NCBI GenBank assembly: GCA_036172245.1
Contig: JAYWIR010000040.1
Location: 1,178,001-1,242,000, forward strand
Direction: 5' to 3'
Source: Raillietiella orientalis
Taxonomy: Eukaryota
Length of the DNA stretch: 64,000 nt
Shown: positions 1 through 13,480 of the stretch, in pieces
Layout: each line of letters opens with the position of its first letter
Position numbering within the stretch: position 1 is the first letter of the stretch
Translations under genes and position numbers: made by a program
Notes under the pieces: model-generated
Told to the model about the DNA's origin: nothing
The model's database searches: none
What the model saw: only the letters and a program-made list of their open reading frames with translations

Positions 1-3000
1 CCTTTGAAGTCGGAAGGGGGGACGACGACGACAACGTGGAGGGGGACGCATGAGCGGAATTCCTCCCGGACGGCCTCCCTGCGCGAGAGAAAAAGGGCGA
101 TCAGCCCCTATAGAAGGTCGCGATCCGCCTCCGCGGAAGAGGCGCTGTCTGTCTCTTCTCCCACACCCTCTTCTTATCTTCCCCGCGAGTCTCTGAGAGA
201 GGGGTGGCCCGCCGAGCCGCGGGCAGGCTCAGGACGACCCTGCTGCAGCCTTTTTTTCCCAGCCTGAGGGTGCTCGAACCGCTCGAGGGAGAATCCCCCC
301 ACGCGTGGTTGGGGCCGGTCGCCGTGACCTCCCAACTCCCTCCCACTCCCCTCCACTGCCTATTCTCGAGACCGGCGCGCTTTCCCGCACCCAAGACGCC
401 GTGTCTCCGTGGCGACCACTTGGGTTGGAGGGGACGGACTCCCGCGAGCGTGCTCAATGGGGAGGCAGCACGGAACGGCCCGGGGGCGGTCCGACTTCCT
501 CGAAGGTCGCTCTCGGTTGAGGGCCAAGGGGCAAGGAGGACTCGGAAACACCGTTCCGTCCTGCCAGTGTCTCCGGACAGCGGGAGGAGTCCCGGGAAGG
601 CAGGGGAGAAGGAAGGGATGGAGGAGGGAGGGAAGCAGGACCGAGCAGCAGCACAGGTGAGGGTCCTCCGGCGAGGGATCGGAGTCCTTACCGGCGCGGG
701 CGACCCGCTGGAGCGAGTCGGAGGACGCTCCTTGGGGACACCCTCCGGCCGAGAAGACGGCCGAGTGCGCCGGGAAAGAGCGACAAGGACCTCGAGAGGT
801 CTCGAGCAATCCTTCAGGAATCGGAGGCGCCGAGGGGAGAATGAAAAAGGGGGAAGTCGGGAGCGGCTTCCCTCTCTCTCGAGGTATCGAAAATCCTCCT
901 CTTCCCCCACTCCTGGAGGCGATCCGGTGGGAGGAGAACGCGCGCGACTCCTCCCGAGTACTCCTCCGATGTGCTCAGAGGGGAGCTCCTCCGGGGGCGA
1001 CGCTTCTTTCCGGGACCGATCGCGCGGGCTTCCATGGCGGCGGACGGTGGGCGGAGAACTCTGCCCGGGGGGGGCAGAGGCGATGCCGACGAATCAGCTA
1101 TCCTTTCTCCTGCTCTCCCTCTTCCTCCCTCCCGCACGCGTCCCTCCCTTTCCCCCTCAACAGATCTCTGCAATGCTCCGGGAAGGGAACGAGCGAAGAG
1201 CGAGGCAGTGCCCTCTTGACCGGCGCCGAGACGGGTTCCTTCTCGTTTCACAACCCTCCGATAGATGCCGGCGGGAGCTCCTTTCGTATTCGTAGCCTCG
1301 CGTTGGGAGATCTCTCTCCTCTACTCTTAGACCGTCCCTCCCTCTTCCCCTGCTCTGACCACTTCCCGGCCTTTGTCTCGGGAGGTTGAAAGCCACAGGG
1401 ACGTAGTTGAGGACGGCATAGAGAAGGGAACGCCCGTGTTTCCCGTCCCCTCAAGAGATCGTTTCTGGGATCGGACCTCTCCTCGAAAATGCCTCCGTGA
1501 GTTGGTTCTTTTCCTTCTCCTGCCCCCTAAGTCTCTCTTCGAGGGCTGGGGGTTCGCGCTCGTGCGGCGAGCCTTGGGGCACAAGCGTGAGGCGTCGTGG
1601 AAGGCCACTGCAAAAGGAAGCACAGCGGAGAATGCCGTTCGTCCACGCCACATCCCGTTCCCCTAGGACGCTAGGCCGTGGAGACGCACCTCGAGGCAGG
1701 AAGAGAGACGAACCATACCAGCTCGCCCCCGAGTACCGGAATGGTCGTCATGGAGACTTCGGAACCGGTAGGGAAGGCGCAAGAAATACGGAAAGCCCCA
1801 CATTCCGCTATCCGGTGAACGCATCTCCTTCCTTGCTGGATGATGTGGCAACCCTGTCGGGAAGCGCCGTCTTCCGCGTCCAGTTGGGATCCCCCGAACT
1901 TTTGGGGGCAGGGAAAGCGGGCGACGCGCTCCCTTCTTCCCCCCCCCCCGCATGAACGGTTGCAGGGAAACGATGTGCGGCTTCCCGGGGGGAGGCTGGG
2001 AGAGCTTTCTCAGGAGGGGGAGTCCGGAGCCCACCTTCCTCGCCCCTCTCCCTCTCCCTGCTCGGACTTTTCGTATCAGGACTCCTCCGTGAGGTAGCGC
2101 CCCGCCATCTGCCACGGCAGGAGCGGGGGGGAGGGGAAGGTCGGAGCTGCAGCCAACGACCGGCAGCGGCCCGCGGGGGATCAGCGGGGTCGGCTGAAAG
2201 AGCGCGCGCACTCATCCCGAGGATCGTCCCTCAGGACCCGCGGAGGGATCTCGACGTGGCAGCATCTGCGGAGGAGGAATCCGCCGCAGGGTGCGAGAAG
2301 AGGCTCCAGGCCGAAGGAAACCAGCCGCGCGCGCGCCATGTGCAATCCGATAGGCGGGGAGAATCGTCAAGGAGACATTCCAGCGGCAGCAGCCCGTCTC
2401 CACGTGGACGCCGCTGCGGCCGCGACTTCGGAGAGCTGCTGCTCGCTTCCGACGGCGCTGCCGAGCGCGACCAGGGAGAGCGAGCGAGCGGCCCAGCAGG
2501 GGAAGGGAAGACGACGACCGCTCGCTCGCTGGTCCCAGGCCTCGAAGGTGATGGTGGGGAGACCCCCCTCAAAATCCTGGCAGCGTCCGTGATGCGTCGT
2601 GCAGCAGCCAATCCGCCGGTCTCGCCCCGGGCTTGAGAACTTGGTCTTCCTGCCGGGAAGGGGGGTCTGATGCGACGAGCGCCGTGCGCGACGAAGGTGC
2701 TCTCCGGACAGGAGCAAGGAAGGTACCGGTCCTTGTCCTCCGTGATTCGACTCTCTGAGCGCACGCTTTCAGCTTCCCTTCCCAAACACCGCGGCCTCTC
2801 AGAGACGGGAGGAAAGGGAGGGGGGAACGGTAGAACGCCCCTCGATGAGCCAGAGGTGCACATGAAGTGGTCAGAGGAGCTTGCGGGCTACTCATTTCTT
2901 TTCCTGACTCTGGCATCGCGCGATGGTCTTCTCCCCTCGAGTAGTGGTAGATCGGCGCTCCGCGACAGGAGGGGAGCGATCGAGCCAAATCCAAGCACCG

Positions 3001-3149
3001 CGCGCGGAGTAGTTTAATGAGCCCGCCACCAGATGGGTGGCTCATGACAGGCGCCAATCTCAATCGAGCAGGTTCGTTTTCCGGGAGAAAAAGGAATGCC
3101 TCGGAGGGATCCAAAGGACTCCCCACAGCCTTCACCGATTCAAGCGGTC

Positions 3150-3385
3150 TCCGTCATTGGTTGCCATCCGTTACCATAGAGCTGGTCGGTGCCCCACACT
3201 CAGGAGTTGCCTCTCCAGAGTGCAAGAAGCGCGCGCTTCGGGAAGCATCCCTTCGGGGCTTACCCCCAGTTGTAGGAATGGGGCCGCACCATCGCGGCCC
3301 CGACTTGAGACTCCCCTCTGGGGGTCGCCTCCCCAGAGTGTCAGACACGCGCTGCTCCCTCTTCGGGGAGCGTCCATCGGAGAAA
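3150..3385 (+). mobile_element. Partial, diverged copy of the SINE-like family body (no tRNA head)
   Basis: Contains ctctccagagtgcaagaagcgcgc and ctccccagagtgtcagacacgcgctgctccc, matching the core ctctccagagtg...aagaagcgcrctgctcccttcggg of the copies at 6.8, 11.1 and 41.1 kb. The core appears twice here. Confidence 0.55.
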
Positions 3386-3589
3386 TTCTGGAAGCGGCTT
3401 CCAAAGGCAGAAGGTAGTCGCGTCTGATTCTGTGCGACGGGAAGGAGGGGAGAGGGTGGGAGCTCCTGGAGTTTTTCGTGTCCCGCCAATGTTCCCTGGG
3501 GAGCACGAGGGTCTCTAAGGAGGTGCAAATCAGCCAGAGTGGCTTTCTGGCAGGAATTACCCGTTGCCAGTCTTCAAGGTCTTCCACAG

Positions 3590-4440
3590 AGCACCATGAG
3601 CGATGTGTCACGACTGGGAAGAATTTCGAGAGGCGCTCATCAAAGACACCGCACCGCGTTTGCTGTTGCGCTGCTCGGTGCGCGCCGATCGTCGCGTGTT
3701 GTGCTCCCTGCTTCTCTGCTCCAGGAGGAAGCGCAGTGCTGGCCACTCCTGGCACTCCCCAGGAGTGGCCCTCTTTTCCGATCATTCTCGCCCCCAGCAC
3801 CACTGCTACAGCTTCGCCGGGCCAGATCCGAGGGCTGAGGTCAGCGGCAAGCGCAGCCAGGGGCGCACGTTCTGCTTGGCGCGGGACGAGGAGGCGTGAG
3901 GAGCTGGACGACGCCAGAAGCAGTTTCGGAGGTCGCCTCCCCGGTGAACCCCACGGAACGGGGGAGGAGCAGCTTGCTGCTCTCTTCGCTGCCCTTCCGA
4001 CGGTACATTCAAGGGCGAGCTCGCGAAGCAGTAACTGCTATTCGGCCGGAGCGTCCCTTGCCCCTGCCCCTGAGTGCCATTTCGAAGGTTTACTTTTGAC
4101 CTCCCTTAAAGAAAAAAAGAAAGAAAGAAAATGCGCAGAGGGCGAGGCGCACAAGCGCCTCTACCTTCTGCCCGTCCACCCCTTCTTGACTTCGTTCTTC
4201 TTTCGTCGTCGCCTCAGCAAGCGCTTTCGACAGCCACCAGCCGTGTGTGCAACAGCAGGAAAACAGACGTCCAAGGAGACGACAGTGACAGGTCGCGCTG
4301 TGAGGGAGTCGTCGTGGATCCTGGAGCCACTGCGAGAAGAAGGGATCATCACTCTTCTTGTGCAAAGTCATCCATCCGAAGCTGGGTCGGATGACCACCG
4401 ACGCGTTCTGGGTCTCCGCCCGAATCAGTTTGGATGCGGC
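3590..4440 (+). pseudogene. Highly decayed L1/Tx1-like ORF2 remnant (post-endonuclease region to start of RT)
   Basis: Motif-like peptides in the expected order but in different frames: WEEFREALIKD (cf. W..FK..I) and LREEGIITLLVQS...DDHRRVLGL (cf. R.G.I.LIPK...NWRPISL). Interrupted by an A-rich tract. Resemblance judged by eye only. Confidence 0.35.
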
Positions 4441-6755
4441 CGTCAGCCATGACAGACCAAAAAAAGGAAAAAGAAGGAAAAACAAAACAAAACCGGAAAA
4501 AAAAAAAAAAATGCGCGCGCACTCGAGGAAAGAAAATTCTGCTTCTCCCTTTCACATCTTTACCGGCGAGATCAAACATGAGACTTTCCGGTCGCACCCT
4601 CTGGACGGGAAAACAAAAACATCCGAAATACCCCACCCCTCCTTCTCTTCCAGCACCGGCGAGGGTGCCCTGGGATGCTTTGAAAAAACGGCGCGCTTCT
4701 AAAAATGGATTTATTATTTGTTTTCGTTTTTCGTTGCTCGGATTCGGATGTTTATTGGGACTCGCGTTCGAGGAAGTCCCGGCTCTTCGGCTGCCGAAGC
4801 ACTCGGAGCTCCTCCGGTGGGCCGCGTCGGAGCGCATTCCTTGTGCGAGTGGTCGGGGGAGAGAGGGAGAGACCGCAGCCCGGAAGGAGCCGCGGCAGCT
4901 TGCCCGCAGGGCGCCTCGCACCACCGCAAGGCGAGCGTGGCCACGTCAGGGCTACTCCGCCTGGATTTTCACGGCGCGGGCCGGAAGCCGCGATCCACGA
5001 GAGCGGAAAATTCCAGGGAAGCTTCGGGGGAGGGGGGGAGAAGTGGATCGCTGCTTCCATTGCCACCGCGGGTTGAGAACCCGCCCCGCGTGGCTGGCGT
5101 GGAATTTCCGGGCGCTCGAAGAAGCCGGCAGGGCACGTCCCCCATTGCGACGCTTCCAAGAAAAACACCCAGGAGTAGCGCGAGGCCGGCTCGAAAGCGG
5201 GGACGGGAGAGACCAGCGGATCATCCCATAGGAAGCATGCATAACCTAAAAAACGATGCAAACGACTTGCCAGCTCCAGAAAGTTCCGGGGTGGGGCGAT
5301 GTGGGAGTGGGGGTGAGGTTACCGGAAACTCCGCATGTTCCAGGTGTTTTTTTTTTTTTTTTTACCCGGCATCCAAAATATAGAACAAAAAAACAAAAAT
5401 CCACTTTTGTGGTTGAACGGTTGGTCCTACCACGTGCTAAAAGGGAATACACGTAGCCCGTTAATTCCCCGCACGCAGACCAGCGGGATCCACTTCGGCA
5501 GCAAAGGGGGAAGCGAGAACAAAAATAAACAAACGAAAACAAAAAAAAAAGGACGCGAAGGTTTTTCCGGGGAAAAGAGACTGGGGACGGGACGGGATCG
5601 CAGTCCGCCTCCAGGCGTCCTCGGCATCCTGTCCAGGCTGCTCCTGGCAAGTTCGTTCCGGATGCTGCCGCCCCGCCGGGGCCATCTCGTGGCGTTCCTC
5701 AGAACGATTCCGGTCTGATGGGCGGCACCCCTTGCCTTCTGGAGTCTTCGTGCTGCCATTCCAGGCTGCAGCTACCCCGCGAAGGCGGCAGGGAACTGCG
5801 AGGGACGCGGGTGGCGGTGGTGCGGCACGCACGAAGAAGCGTTTCAAGATGCCCCCGGGCAGCCCACCGGGATTCCACGGGACGTCGCTGGGTGATCCCC
5901 AAAGGGTCGGAGGGCAGCAAAGTCAAGCATCAGTCGCGGGATGGTCTCCCCTCATCCGCACCCTCCCTCCCCGGGTCTCGCACGGGGTTCCCCAACGCAA
6001 GACCAGCAGCGCCAACTCCTGCCACTCGAGAGTGAGGGTGCTACTGTTCCAGCCCGCTGGGGACCTCTTCACGTCCTCCGGAGGAATTGCGAGCAGCTCG
6101 TCCCAGTGGAGGAGTCCTTTAGGGTGGGGCACTCGGAGTCGTGGGGTCCGTCAGCTGCCGAGTTGTCCAGACTCCCAGAGGAGTTTCTTTTTCGCCGCAA
6201 TGCAGCAGGACGCCTCCCGCCTTGCCGGAAGGTCGCTGTTCCTTGCGCCCCTCAGGAAAGGCAGCGCCGGGTCAAGGGGGGAGGGAGTAAACGAAGCCTG
6301 CAGGATCTTTTGTGAGCCGCTGGCGATCTCCCTCAGCGACTGGCAAGCGTTCCCGCCTCGTCGCTGGCAGGCGAACTCCGCCTCGCTCGTTCCGGATGTT
6401 CCGGAGGTGGGTCGACGCGCGTGGTCGGTCTGCTTGCTACAAGTCAAAGACATGCGAGGTCCTCCATTTTCATTTTTTGTCCTTCCTTTCTCCTGCTTCT
6501 TCCTTCAGTGCTCCGCTCTCTTCACGAAGACAGATGTACGTGATCGTAGCGTCTCGAACATTCTGGAGCAGCGAAGAGATCCCGCGTATTCATTCCTTCC
6601 GACGCGTTGAGGTCCTGTGGATTTGTGATGTGGCTTTCCGGGAACGGGCGGGATCGTCTCTCGCCCCCCGTCAACGATGCTCTGTCGTTCCCATCACCTG
6701 CATCCGATTCGACACGCATCACTGAGAATGGGGTTATTGTTTTGCCTGCGGCAGC

Positions 6756-7362
6756 AGCCGCGTGGCTGTGGTCTCCTCCGCGCGCGGCACCGAGCGTTGC
6801 GGGTTCGAATCCCTCCAGGAGGAAGGATGGACGCCGAGGACGGGAGAGAGGGGGGTACTTCGTGGATTTCTAGTCCCCCCTTCCCCCGCAGGATGGCGCT
6901 GGTTGGCTTCGGTTGCGGCACTGGTGGAAGCCAGGTGCTCCTGCCGGGATTAGGAGTTGACCCTCCGGGGTCGTTCTGGGACATCAAGGATCCGTTCCCC
7001 ACCGGTTAGGAAAATGGAACCGCCCTCCCCTTCGGGGGGGAGCTCTCCATCGCGTATCATGGAGTTGGGTTGATGATACTCCCCTCAGGGGGTCGCTCTC
7101 CAGAGTATCATGAAGCGCGCTACTCCCTTCGGGGTTATCTTCAGAGGAGGAGTAAAAAAGATCGGTTCCCTTGCGGATTCGCTTCCGGGAAGAAAGGAGG
7201 AGGGCCTCATCCGGATAGAATAAGGAGGAGCTTCCTTTCGAGATTCTCCTCCCAAGCGTAAGGGGAACGGACTCCTTCCTCCGGAGCTCTTTCCTGGATT
7301 CACAGGGTGGTCCTTTCCCAGGGAACCCCCTTGCTTGAAGAGTCACACGCGCCTTCGGGTGG
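6756..7362 (+). mobile_element. tRNA-derived SINE-like element, copy A
   Basis: Head gccgcgtggctgtggtctcc (A-box-like), then a perfect B box GGTTCGAATCC at 6802-6812. The body is colinear with 11094-11741 (+) and 41119-41771 (-). Confidence 0.75.
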
Positions 7363-9009
7363 ACAATGTGAAAGCGCCCCTCACTTAACGAGGCGAACGG
7401 TTCTTCGGCACTTTGCGAACAAAGAAAAGGAAAGCCTGAAAAAAAAAGGGGGGTAGGAATAATCTGGAAGGAAGCCGCAGCAGCTAAAGCAGAATCCGAA
7501 GGGATTCCTATCATCCTGACGAAAGCAGCAGCCGCCGTAGCTAGCGTCCAGAAGCAGCGAGGCGACGAGGTGCATGAGCGCGCTTTCACCGGAAGTGGGT
7601 CGCTGGAAGTGCTCTCTCTCGCGCGTTCCCCGCTTCGTTTCGCGGGGCCGGGACGGCCCCTGCCTAGGTGGATCGGCCGCTGGGAACTTGGGGTGGAGTG
7701 AGGCAGCCGCCTCGCTACCTCCCGAGGTCCTCCCAGAGCTCCAGCGGATCCATGCAAAAAGGCCAGGTCGACGACGACGGCTCCGACCTTCGCTCCGTTC
7801 CGAGGCCAACCAACGGCGAAGACGAGCAACGCGGAGGCTGCAGTCGTGCCAGCAACGAGCGGTCTCTCGACCGTATGGTTGCGGCAGCTCTTGGGGGGGG
7901 GGGGGAGATGGCAAAGTCACGTGGCCGAGGGTGGCTACAGCCTCCTCCCTTCCTTCCCTCTTCCGCTCCGGCTGCGCGTCTCGGATTCGCTGCAGACGCG
8001 CCTCGGTGGGAAGGAGACTCCTCCAAGAGGCCGCCACGTGAAGAGAGGGACGATCTTCGCTTCCTGTTGACGTCTTTTCTTCTTCCTCTTTCCTTTCTCA
8101 CCGTAGAGACGGAGAAGCCGAGTGGTAAACAAAAGGTGGTCGTGGTGTTTCACGGCAGCGGACAAATTGCGGGAGAGGAAACGCTTGGCAGGCGTGGTAA
8201 CCATCCAGGTACGAAATGCAAATAACCTCGGCGTCGCCTGGAAACGGCGTTTGTCACGCAAGCCTTGCCAAAAGGAAAATAATAATGATGAAAAAAAAAA
8301 AAAAAAAAAAAAGGGAGGGGAAAAAAAAAAAAAAACATATCGAACTTCTTGCATCTTCCTTTTTTCCCTTCTCTTCTTCCAGCTTGTATGGCAAACAGCG
8401 CACACATGAAAGTGTAAACAACGGCTTGGGCGGGATGAGCGTTTCGCTGGAGCTGGGACAGGCGGGAGCCCTCTGGAGGCGACGCGAACGGTAAATCGTA
8501 GGCGCATCCAGTTGTGACTCCTTTTGTCGGAGCCAAGGAGGGGGAAGGGGAACGAAGGAAAAAGAGAAAAAAAGAAAAAAATCAGCCCGACAGCAAAAGG
8601 AAGTACCCATGACAACGACGGTCGCGCGAATCTCGTCTCTCTCTCAGCCTTCTCTCCCGGTTCATCACGGGACCATAAAAGCAAAGATTACGTGTGAGCG
8701 CGCGTGTATGCGGGGAGGGGGAGGGGAGAGGAATGCAATTCAAGTTTAGGCTCCGCCATATTTCATCAGCAAAGATCCCATGGAGAATAACTGCGCATCA
8801 GTATGAATGTTTGAAACAAACTGCTTCTGCCTAAATCACTCGCAATTGGATGCTGCTCTCAGGCAATAAAACGAAAAGCTGAGAAAGTTAAGAAATCCCG
8901 ACATCTCGTGGCAATGGGATCCTGGGAATGCAGCTAAATCTGTCACCTTACGGAAGGAACGATTGCGATATCTGCGAGCAAAAGGAGCAAACGAATTAGC
9001 GAACAAACA

Positions 9010-9115
9010 AACGAGAGAGGTGGAGAAGGAAGAAGTGAAGGAAGAGGAAGAGGAAGAGGAGGAGGAAGAGAAGGGAGAGGGGAGGAGAAGGAAGAAAAGC
9101 AAGATGAGAGGGGGG
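9010..9115 (+). repeat. Polypurine (GAG/GAA) low-complexity tract
   Basis: gaaggaagaagtgaaggaagaggaagaggaagaggaggaggaagagaagggagaggggaggagaagg. Confidence 0.85.
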
Positions 9116-9173
9116 GGATGTTTGTCTCCGAAAGAGCATGGCAGCCAGCGCGTTGCGCGTGCCGCATGGCGGG

Positions 9174-9573
9174 ACGACCAAAAACGGGAGGTTCGCCATT
9201 CCTTCCGCAGCCCGGGAGGAACAGTGGGCAAGGAGGGAGGGGTGGGAGACCCCTTAGGGCGTGTGGTGCCTCCAGGGAGCAGCCAGGACGAACCCGAAGG
9301 CGGGGAGGTCGGTCCGCGCCGAGGCGCCGCCCCTGCTAACGCTTCGACGAAGCCCTTCTGGGGCGAGCGGGAAGGGGACGGGACTTCCGGGAAGCACCGG
9401 AGGGACGTCGTCGGCCGGACGGTCTGGGGATCTCTGCCGGAGACCCCGTAGGTTTCCCGTCGGGCCGCCGCTCTCTCTGGTTCTCCTCCTGCTCCCCCTC
9501 GTCCTATCAGCTGCCTGTTCGGCGCGGAGAAGGGGACCATGGCTAGCAGCTGCTGGGAGAGACCGCAGTCCTC
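9174..9573. repeat. ~400-bp dispersed repeat, copy 1 (partner 35500-35889)
   Basis: Long near-identical blocks shared with 35500-35889 in the same orientation, e.g. ggtgggagaccccttag, gcagccaggacgaacccgaagg and ggtcggtccgcgccgaggcgccgcccctgctaacgcttcgacgaagcccttctgggg. Confidence 0.9.
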
Positions 9574-11093
9574 TTGGAATCCTCCTTGGGGGAAGATTCC
9601 GGGAGGGTCAACGCCGGCTCTATTCAGGCAAATGCGGATGACCTCCGCTCCCGGCAACGGTCGGCGGCGACTCCGAGGAGACGGGACGAGGTCCTGAGTC
9701 CTCGCCAGGCTCGCCGCTACCGTCCCTTCCTGGAGAGGAGGAGGGAAAGGTCAGTCCGGAGCGGAAGGATGGAGAACGAGGTGGCTACCACCTGCACGCT
9801 CGGCGTCGTCTCTTGTGTGGTTCCTGGTGCGGGAGTGGAGAGGAAGGGCCATGTCGCGGGAGCTCCGAAGGGAGCGTATAGTGCTTCCTCCCCCTGCGAA
9901 CCAGCTGCCGAGCAACTCAGCATCCCTCCGCAGATTCGGCGAGGGCGAAGAACCGGCGGGGGAAGGGTAGAGGAGGCAGCAAAGAACTGGTCCATCAGCG
10001 ACCCCGGCTGCCGAAAGCCGCCTCCCGACGGGGTGAGAACTGATGATTTTAAAGGGGAAGGGGGAGAGCACGCGGGGGAGCTCCCTTTTTGGTGCTTCCA
10101 CGCATCCTCCCCATTCGAGAAGCGCCGATGGGCAAGAGCGCTTCCAGGTCGACGCTGCACGTGAGCGGTTTGGCGAAGAAAGACGTCCGAGGGCCGTCGC
10201 AGGAATGACGAGCCGACGTCCGGGTTTCCTGTCTTCGGTGGCACAGGCCCACGTTCGCGCAGCCGTGCTCTCGGGTCCAGCGTCCGCATCCGAGCGCCAA
10301 CAATGGGAGGAGGAAGATAGGAAACCGAGTTCAAGAAGATCCGGAAGTTCGGCTCGTTCTCCTCCTCCTCCTCCTTCCTCCGCCTTTCCTTCTGCGTGGT
10401 CATCCTCGGGACCAGGTTCCTGGAGCGGATGGTCCGATTGCACCTCTTCCTTGCCTCAGGGCATGCCGAGGACCGCCTCCCAGGTCCGGCGAGGCTCGCC
10501 AGCAGTGGTGGAGGGGAAAAAGCTCCTCCCCTCCACCGAACGAGAAGGCCCACTGCCCCGCCGCGTAGGTCACCTCCGCCTGCGCGGAGAGGCCAGGAGT
10601 GCAGAAAGAGTGAGGAGCGGTCCTTCAACAACGGGGCGGGAAGCTTTCGCAAGAGCCACGCACGGGGATTCCAAGCGCCGGAGGAGATGGTGCAGGGATG
10701 CAGTCCCCCTTGCCCCGCTTCCCCTTCCTCGGGCAGCGTCTTAGCCGACGGAGGCTTCCATCGACCGGTCGAGACGGCCCATGGTCGCCCCGAACGCCCG
10801 CATGAGGCGGGGAGCATTCGGAAGCCCTCGGTAGGATCGACATCCCGGCTGGCAGGAGCGGAGGAGGATGGGCGAAAGACTCTCTTTCTCCACTCCCACC
10901 CCCGCCGCCACGCGCCTGCGGACCGGCTCCCCTTCGGTGACAGGGTTCCCGCTCGATGGATTTGGAACCACGCAGGGATGAGCGAGGCTCCCGCGGTTCG
11001 AATCGCAGCCTTCCGCTCGGCTCTGGAGGCCTCGCACGGGCGCGTCCCACATCGGGCCCACGCGGGCGTCTCGCACGGGCCGACAGCGTCGAA

Positions 11094-11741
11094 GGCCGCG
11101 TCAGTGGCTGCGGTATTCGCGCGTCACGCGGCCTCTAAGCGTCGCGGGTTCGAATCCCCTCGTGGGGGACCGACGCCAGGGAAACGGGGAATTGCGTCTT
11201 GGGTTTCGATCCCCCCCTCCAAGATGTCGCTGGTTGGCCCACATTCGGTTGCAGCACCGGTAGAAACCGGTACAGCCGGCTGCCCCCGTCGACCTGCCAG
11301 GATTGGAAGTTGACTCTCCGGGGTCCTTCCGGAAACCAAGAAGCCTCGAGGTTCCCCCTCCGGTTGTGGAAATGGAGCCGGTCCCTCCCTCCTTCCTCGG
11401 GGAGTGACCCTTCATCTCCTACCCTGGAGTTGGTGGATCGATACCTCTCCAGAGTGCGCGAAGAAGCGCACTGCTCCCTTCGGGAGGCGTCCCTCCGGGG
11501 TTCTCTTCAGAGGAGGAGCAAAGAAGAGACGGTTCCCTTGTGGGCCCCCTCGGGGAAGTAATTCCAGGAGCGGCCCCCACAAACCAGAAGGTTCCTCCGG
11601 AGAGAACAAGGAAGAGGAGGTTCCCTCCTAAGCGTGGGAGAGGAACAGACTCTCCTTCCTCCGGAACCCTTCCTGGATTCATAGGGTGGTCCCCTCCCGG
11701 AGTAACCCCTAACTTGAAGACAGACACGCACCCTCGGGCGG
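11094..11741 (+). mobile_element. tRNA-derived SINE-like element, copy B
   Basis: gtggctgcggt head, B box GGTTCGAATCC at 11147-11157, second B-box-like gggtttcgatccc near 11201. The body matches the other copies through ...cctggattcatagggtggtccc...aacttgaag...acacgcaccctcgggcgg. Confidence 0.8.
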
Positions 11742-11894
11742 CATGAACAGTGCTGGAAGAGCAACGTGACTCCCTCTAAGGATGTTCTTGAGTTCCTAGC
11801 GAACCTCAAAAAAACAAAAGGTTGGAAGGAAAGCAGCGAAAACAGAAGACCCCAAAAGGATTTCCATCGTCCTGGACCAATAGAGATCTCGGGA

Positions 11895-11968
11895 TTCCGC
11901 TCCGTAGATCCTATAGGGGGGGTCACCTCCCCCAACTCGAACAGGTGACACGCACCTTCGGGCGGCGT
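11895..11968 (+). repeat. Second, diverged copy of the SINE 3' end
   Basis: atagggggggtcacctcccccaactcgaacaggtgacacgcaccttcgggcggc resembles 11681-11742 (atagggtggtcccctccc...aacttgaagacagacacgcaccctcgggcggc). Confidence 0.55.
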
Positions 11969-13337
11969 GGAGCAGCGTCAAGGAGTTGCGTAAACCTTCA
12001 GACATGCGATGGTTCCTGAAATGAGCGGCGAACCAAAAAAAAAGGAAGGGGATGAGAAGACCGGAAGGAGGCGAGGGAGATGGACCCGGCAAGATTTCCA
12101 TCGGGTCCCCCGTGCAGCGCTGGAGGCCTCAAACGGAGGACTGGGGGTCTCGTTCCAGAGAGGTCCCTTCCCCGCATGAGGGTTCAGGATGCGTCCCCGA
12201 GACGGCAGAACCCCACTTCTGTTCTGGATGTCGGACCTCCCCTCGCGCTTTCTGAAGCTCGAGGTGTTCCCAAAGAGCCCCAAATCCAGAGAAGTTTGTG
12301 CCCTGAGCCATAGGACCTCGGGGCGTTGCTCATTCAACGGTGATCTCTTTCGGTCCGCCTTCCTCTGAGCCGCGCGACCCATCCTTCGACCCCGTGCGAG
12401 TGTGGGCGGACCTCTGCGGAAGGTTCGGAAGATGGGGAGGGTCTCCAGGTCACTTCTCTGATCAAGGTCACTGCGGAGTATCAGGACGAGTGGGTAACCC
12501 AGGCCACTCGGACGTGCTGGAAGCAGCTAGCCACCAGCCTTCAGGGGGAAGGGAAGGTCGTCGTGCCCAAGGTCGCATTCCCTCACGAGCGTTCCTCGAG
12601 GGGATGGGTGGGAAGGGACTTGGAGGGAGAAGGATAGAGCAGGCACCAAAGGGGGGAGGATCTCTCCCCTTCGCCTCTCGAAGGATGAAGAGCCCCATCG
12701 TAGGACTCCTGGCGTCCCGAGGTGCAAAGAACACTGGAGCGCTGAGGGTCTGGAAAATTCCCGAGAAGCGGACCGGGGCACTTCAGAAGGGGAGCGCTCC
12801 TGGAAAGGATTCCTTCGGAGCCTTCTCAACCACCGCACGAATGACCCCTAGGTGATCACGAAGCACCACAGTGAGCCCGACGACGGGATTGTGAGGATGG
12901 CGGTGGACCAGTCGGGAGCAGCCCATCAGCCCCTCGTCCCTGGGACAAAGACGATGCTCCAGAGGGAAGTCCGGACCATACCACTCGATGCTCCCCGGAG
13001 AGACCAGACGGGGTAAGGGAGTTGAGCACGCCCTGGGGCGTGGCGACGACCCCACCCTACAGAGGAGAAACCACCGACGTGGTGGCGTTTCCCGGTGCAT
13101 ATGGTACCCGTCCAACCACAATAGATCGCTCAGAGGCGAGTTGACCACCCGAAGAGGAAAAGGGTTCCCATTAACATGCAACACTCTCCACCCCCTCTCC
13201 GACCTACTGGGGGTCATCGGACGGGGCACTTCCAGCATGGCCGCACCACAGGCTGATGCCTGAGGAAGCTGGACACCCGTCGGCTATGGTCAACCTCCTC
13301 CTGGGCGTTTCTGGACTCCTCCCCCTCCCCCCCCAAT

Positions 13338-13480
13338 AGCATGATGAAGAATCTTTGCGGGATGTGCACTGGAAACGTCTCTTGGAGCGGAAGAAATCAC
13401 AGGGTGAGTGGCAGAGAGGAGGAGGCAGGCGGACAAGCTAGGGACAAGCACCTCTCTGCATCTCGCGTTCTGCCATCTCG
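13338..13480 (+). repeat. ~140-bp direct repeat, copy 1 (partner 15290-15422)
   Basis: Shared tgaagaatctt..cggatgtgc.ctggaaa.gtctc, ggtgagtggcagagargaggaggcaggcggacaag and catctcgcrttctgccatctcg. Confidence 0.85.

Noticed and set aside
1..3100. Long overlapping ORFs (e.g. 204..1295, 101..910)
   Set aside because: Arg/Gly/Pro/Ser-rich translations on both strands with no recognisable motif. This is expected from high GC content.
6756..6830. Functional tRNA genes at the GGTTCGAATCC sites (also 11147, 41711, 10995)
   Set aside because: No complete cloverleaf or downstream T-run terminator. Three of the sites are heads of the same dispersed repeat.
8290..8336. Long homopolymer runs (also ~4497, 5346, 34595, 36451, 62598)
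   Set aside because: Ordinary low-complexity tracts that could not be tied to element ends.
12783..13238. Minus-strand ORF with an APE-endonuclease-like start (VLHVNG...DLLWLD)
   Set aside because: Only a vague two-motif resemblance with no downstream catalytic motifs.
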